From: Botryllus schlosseri
Lineage: Eukaryota
Assembly: GCA_051294905.1 (NCBI GenBank)
Contig: CM119371.1
Span: forward strand, 31,312,001 to 31,376,000
DNA: 64,000 nt
Direction of reading: 5' to 3'
Under the pieces are notes generated by a model. That model was not told the DNA's origin. It ran no database searches and worked only from the letters and a program-made list of their open reading frames with translations. The first letter of the stretch is position 1; every line of letters begins with the position of its first letter. A program made the translations under genes and the position numbers. Positions 59,631 through 64,000 of the stretch are shown here, piece by piece.

Positions 59631-60913
59631 CAGTGGTTCCCAACCTTTTCCCAACCACGTACCATTTCGAGGTTTTATGCAGTGCTCGCGTACCACCTAC
59701 ATATGTTCCACTATTTATGACGTCATAATCGCGTATTTGACCTATGCGAGGTGTAATCACAAATTCTATTAAACTAGGCATTATGAGCCAGGGATGATGA
59801 GATGCATGGCATTGTTTTTTCACCACCAGTCACAAGAAGAACAACTTAATGAAATAAAAAAAGTCAATTTTTTTAACGCAATGGCTACATTTCTTTATTT
59901 TCCACTAACTGGTCGATGCGTGACTCACAGCATAGTGTCATATATGGTGTGGACACAAGCATATATCACGGCTCAGTGAAATTGGTTCACACTTTTCTTT
60001 TCATCAAAGGCAACTTTACGGCCATTTTTGACCGGATTGCCGAGCGCTAAATTCGATAAAATGGGTATCAATGGAAAGCTGCTGCTGTACTGATTACCAA
60101 AATACAAATTTTATTTTGCTCCTGAACCCGGAACCCCCCCAAAACCTGCCTCGAATTTTGCATTGTGATCGAGTATTGAAGTGTGACGCAATGCTGTCTG
60201 CTGGTTCTTTCTTCTTAGCTTCACTCTCGTTTTGCCAGACAGAATTGTTGCGTCACAATGTCAAAACTCGAGCACAATGCAAAATTCGAGGCAGGTTTTG
60301 AGGGTTCCAGGGTCAGGAGCAGAATAAAAGTATGACGTAGAGCAATTTCACTGAGCCGTGAGGTTTGCTTGTGTCCACACCATATAGGACACTACGCTCA
60401 CAGTGCATCGAAAGTCATGCATGGGCGCAACAAGTCGGTTTCGTTTCTTCGACTTGATAGTCATCAGGGATGAAAGTACTTGCTTGCACTCCCACGTAGA
60501 AGGGAAAATTAGCAGCTGGGTAATCGCGTGAGAAGCTAGCGCCGAGTACGAGAAGGCCATGCTAAGCCAGCAATTTATTGGAGATCAATCTTAGTGTTTC
60601 GTCTTCGGTGTCTGGTCATCCTTGATATATATGAGATCCTCTTGCTCCCCAGTCCCGACAGGCAGGTCGGGTGGATTAACAGAGAATGGGCCAGTCGTGT
60701 AGGCACAACATGTCACAGTGGTGAGAAAAAAAGACGTACCTTACCACGGACGTACCATCCCACGACGACGACGGCTTCAAAAAACTCAAAATCAACCCCA
60801 CCTGAACAAATTACTCTCTTCATTCAAAAAAAGATAAGAAATCTACTCGCGTTCCACCTAGAAGACCTTCACGTACCACTAGTGGTACGCGTACCACAGG
60901 TTGGGAACCACTG
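59631..60913. mobile_element. Charlie-like hAT MITE with internal inverted repeats
   Basis: TIR CAGTGGTTCCCAACCT, perfect TSD GTCTAGCT; internal IRs 59930-59984/60343-60397 and about 60112-60163/60277-60327. Confidence 0.88.
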
Positions 60914-62591
60914 GTCTAGCTGGTATCTTGCAGTTCCACTAAAAAGAATTCATGCGTAAGTCGCTATATTAAGAAAAGTTCCTAACCTAGATAGGACATT
61001 ATAAAGACTACTAAGACAAATAGGGTATCAAAAATATAACAAATTTTGAAGTACCGGTACTGGTACATTGTGTGGTGACGGCTCCGCCTTTTACATGATA
61101 TAGCGGAGATTCATGACTTACTTTATCAAATGCAGCGGGCAAGTTATGAATGATATGCATCTTTGTGTGGGCAAATTATTATTAGTCATGCACTTTATTG
61201 CATGCTGTTATTTCTTGACCAGGATTGTCCATCGTATCGGTAGTGGAAATATATTGAAATCGCCCAAATGTACCATATAAAAATTTCTTTCGTGAGGAGC
61301 ACACGATTCTAATTCCTGCTCAGATTTAGAAGGGCGCTACTATATTAGAATCGAAAAATTAGGTTATTTTGAATTGCGTGGAGCGCGAAGAAAATTTCAA
61401 GAATAATTGAAATCTCTAAAAATTTGGGAGTGAATTACTAATTTCAATTTGCATGTCGCCAGATGCTAACACATACTAATTGAATTAGGTGTTGACGGTC
61501 GCACAAATTCCCATCTACGGCAGCAGGTTGCCCATCCCTGATCTAATAGTATACGTATGGTATGTCTTACGCCAAGTTTGAATCCGCATTACAGTCTTTA
61601 ACATTTTTGACAAATTTTCCCAAACTTGTTTGGAAATAGCAAAAAAACGTTGGAAAGGATATCAATTTGTTTCAAGGTCGGTTGCACTGAGACTAATCCT
61701 AATGTGGTAGTGACTACAGAGAACAAGGCGTCGTTCTGTACTGCCATGCTCAATTTGATCAGTTTTGGAACTGAATTGAATTAAATTGTGTTGATATAGG
61801 GTAGCTTAATTGAGGGCGAAACCGAGCAACCTATATTGCGTCTAAGTCTGTCTTACGCAGTGCAGTTTGCCAGCTATTAGCAACAGCTACCCAGCGCAAC
61901 GAGCTTTAGGCTACTGCCAAAGCTATGAAGTAATGAATGACTTACACGTGGAAATCCCTCTGAATCTTCCAAGAATATCAAAAATTTGCTTAAATGTAGT
62001 TGAGCGCGACTGCTGGAGTTTGAATTTGTCGAGCTTTCTTGAATACGAAATAAGTTTCATCTTCAACAATCGTCTTCTGAAAATGGCTGTGAAAAACATG
62101 TTTAGTCAGAATTCATACAGACTTAGCCTAGTCAATTTCTCGCGTTCCCCAGGTTGAGAACCACTGATCTTATGTAGTGAAGCAAAAGGTTCCTCATTTG
62201 AGGTGGCATGTGTGCCAAACAAATCCGGCAGTGGATGGAAACATCTCTATGCCATGGCCCAATAATGACATAAACATACCAACAGTTTCAACTACTCAGC
62301 GGCAGAGTATGTGGTGTCACAGGCCAGTATATAGGTCGACTAACATCCAAAATAGAACAGAGAATGCGGCGAATGAAATATTTCAATCATGAAATCAAAG
62401 TCATCCCGGTGGTGTGCACAGTCGTAGATATTCACGGTAACGAATACTATGTAGTAGGCTACTGTACCTTTTACGATGCGTATCCTAATCAGCATTCCTA
62501 GGAATCTTCAACGATCGTGTCCACTTTCTTCAAGCACAACAAGCTTCGCTCCAGGGCTCCACCCTTTGCTCAAATCAGACGACGATACGAC

Positions 62592-62628
62592 TATAGATAA
62601 CTAACCTACCGTAGGTTAGTTATCTATA
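62592..62628. repeat. 37-bp perfect hairpin flanked by a 7-bp direct repeat
   Basis: ATACGAC-TATAGATAACTAACCTAC-C-GTAGGTTAGTTATCTATA-ATACGAC. Confidence 0.85.
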
Positions 62629-62965
62629 ATACGACACTCCAACGATTTCAAAATAAGCTGTACGGTATGCATCCGCTGACATGCCACCAATAATATTTAC
62701 CGGCCTCTGTCGGTTTTTTCATACAGAAACATTTATCATTACATCTAGTCCCTTTCTTTTCCATCTAACTGCGACTAAATTGATATTTATTCCATCTGTT
62801 GTCACTACTTACCGTACTTACTTAACCAGACGCTGCTTGTGATGTCACAGCTGTGCGTAGGTTGTTTACTACGAATCTCGGAAAAAGCAGTAACTCGTAA
62901 CGGTAACCTAATGTAACCGATTACAGGTCGCCTTGTTCGCCATTAACAAATGGTCAACTTAGCAT

Positions 62966-63479
62966 TAGGGCTGGGCACAATGATTCGAGTACTCGAATCT
63001 GAATCGAGTAATTATTCTAATGATTCGAGTCGAGTAGCAAAAGACGATTTTTTCGAGTACTAAAATTATACGCTCCTCGCTATTAAAAGTTATTATATCA
63101 ACGAGAATTATGGTTTTGATAGTATTTTCCACTGCTGAAGCCTTGAAACCTTGATTGGCCGTATCGCAGCATGCGAAACATATTACAAAGCTACGACCGT
63201 TACTGGAAAAACATTTCCGAAGGCATGATCCTCCCACGACATCGTCACAAAGTGCAATGAAATCGGTATAAGCTCGAAGAAATACCGAAGTATCTTTATT
63301 GTGATGAATAACTGGCATTATATTCTTTGTGGTAGCATAAAAGGTACTTATTTGAACTTTTACATATTAAATTAAGTTGTGACGTCATAATGAGTGATAC
63401 TCGAATACTCGACTCGACTCGAAGCATAATACGTGATTCAGAATCGAATCACTCAGGTATTCGATTTTGCCCAGCCCTA
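62966..63479. mobile_element. hAT MITE with TCGA(G/A)T repeats
   Basis: TIR TAGGGCTGGGCA, perfect TSD CTTAGCAT. Confidence 0.9.
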
Positions 63480-64000
63480 CTTAGCATGCGGTGCTGATAT
63501 TTCTAGTTTCCCGAACAATATTATACATCCTAAACTGATATTCTAACTCATCAGTCCTATCCGTGACAACGAATGTAACCAGCGACGCCGGCCGTATAGC
63601 CATAGCCTTGTAATATAATATAGTGGCTATCTACGATTGTCAGTTGTTCCTTTTACCCTACTATGTACTAAACTGAAATTGGTACTAGGGCCAACAATTT
63701 CCGTATGACAGACCCCAGTCTCGCGAACGATGTTGAATCAGGTCAAATCACCACGAGAATGATAACAGTAACAACATTCAATTCCACGTCTACATTGGCA
63801 GCAGAGAATTTCAAGCAAATCGATTTTGCCAATAGCCTGGTAAACTTCAGTAACGAGTAAATGTCAGTAATTTTGCGAAGAAATTCTGGTAACTTGACTT
63901 TAGAGCTAAATTGAGGTAATGTTACATATTAAAATGTAAAATTACAAGCTACGCACAGTTATTGGCAGCTACCGGTAATTCGTTGCGAAATTTACAGAGA

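Noticed and set aside
60914..64000. Upstream exons or promoter of the LDLa-module gene
   Set aside because: No exon with supportable splice sites, phase and motif was found; the short ORFs look random or TE-derived

Overview
AT-rich animal genomic DNA with spliceosomal introns. An ascidian or other marine invertebrate is my guess, not shown. Most of the window (about 854-55285, minus strand) is one multi-exon gene that the ORF track shows only as fragments. It is built from 8 tandem two-exon modules. Each has a 91-nt exon encoding the first five Cys of an LDL-receptor class A (LDLa) repeat, then a 131-173-nt exon starting D(G/K)SDE. That second exon lacks the canonical sixth Cys and instead carries an N-glycosylation sequon, three Cys and a length-hypervariable loop. 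All 16 exons have GT-AG ends, alternate strictly and splice in frame. The introns are packed with transposable elements, many with readable TIRs and TSDs: a degenerate L2/CR1-group LINE with three nested hAT elements; a 17.5-kb five-level nest (Gypsy with an apparent self-priming PBS > MITE > young Mag-type Gypsy > hAT > MITE carrying a 28S rDNA fragment); Chapaev3-like, hATm-like and Charlie-like relics; and a GC-rich hAT-like transposase relic. The 5' and 3' ends of the host gene could not be defined.
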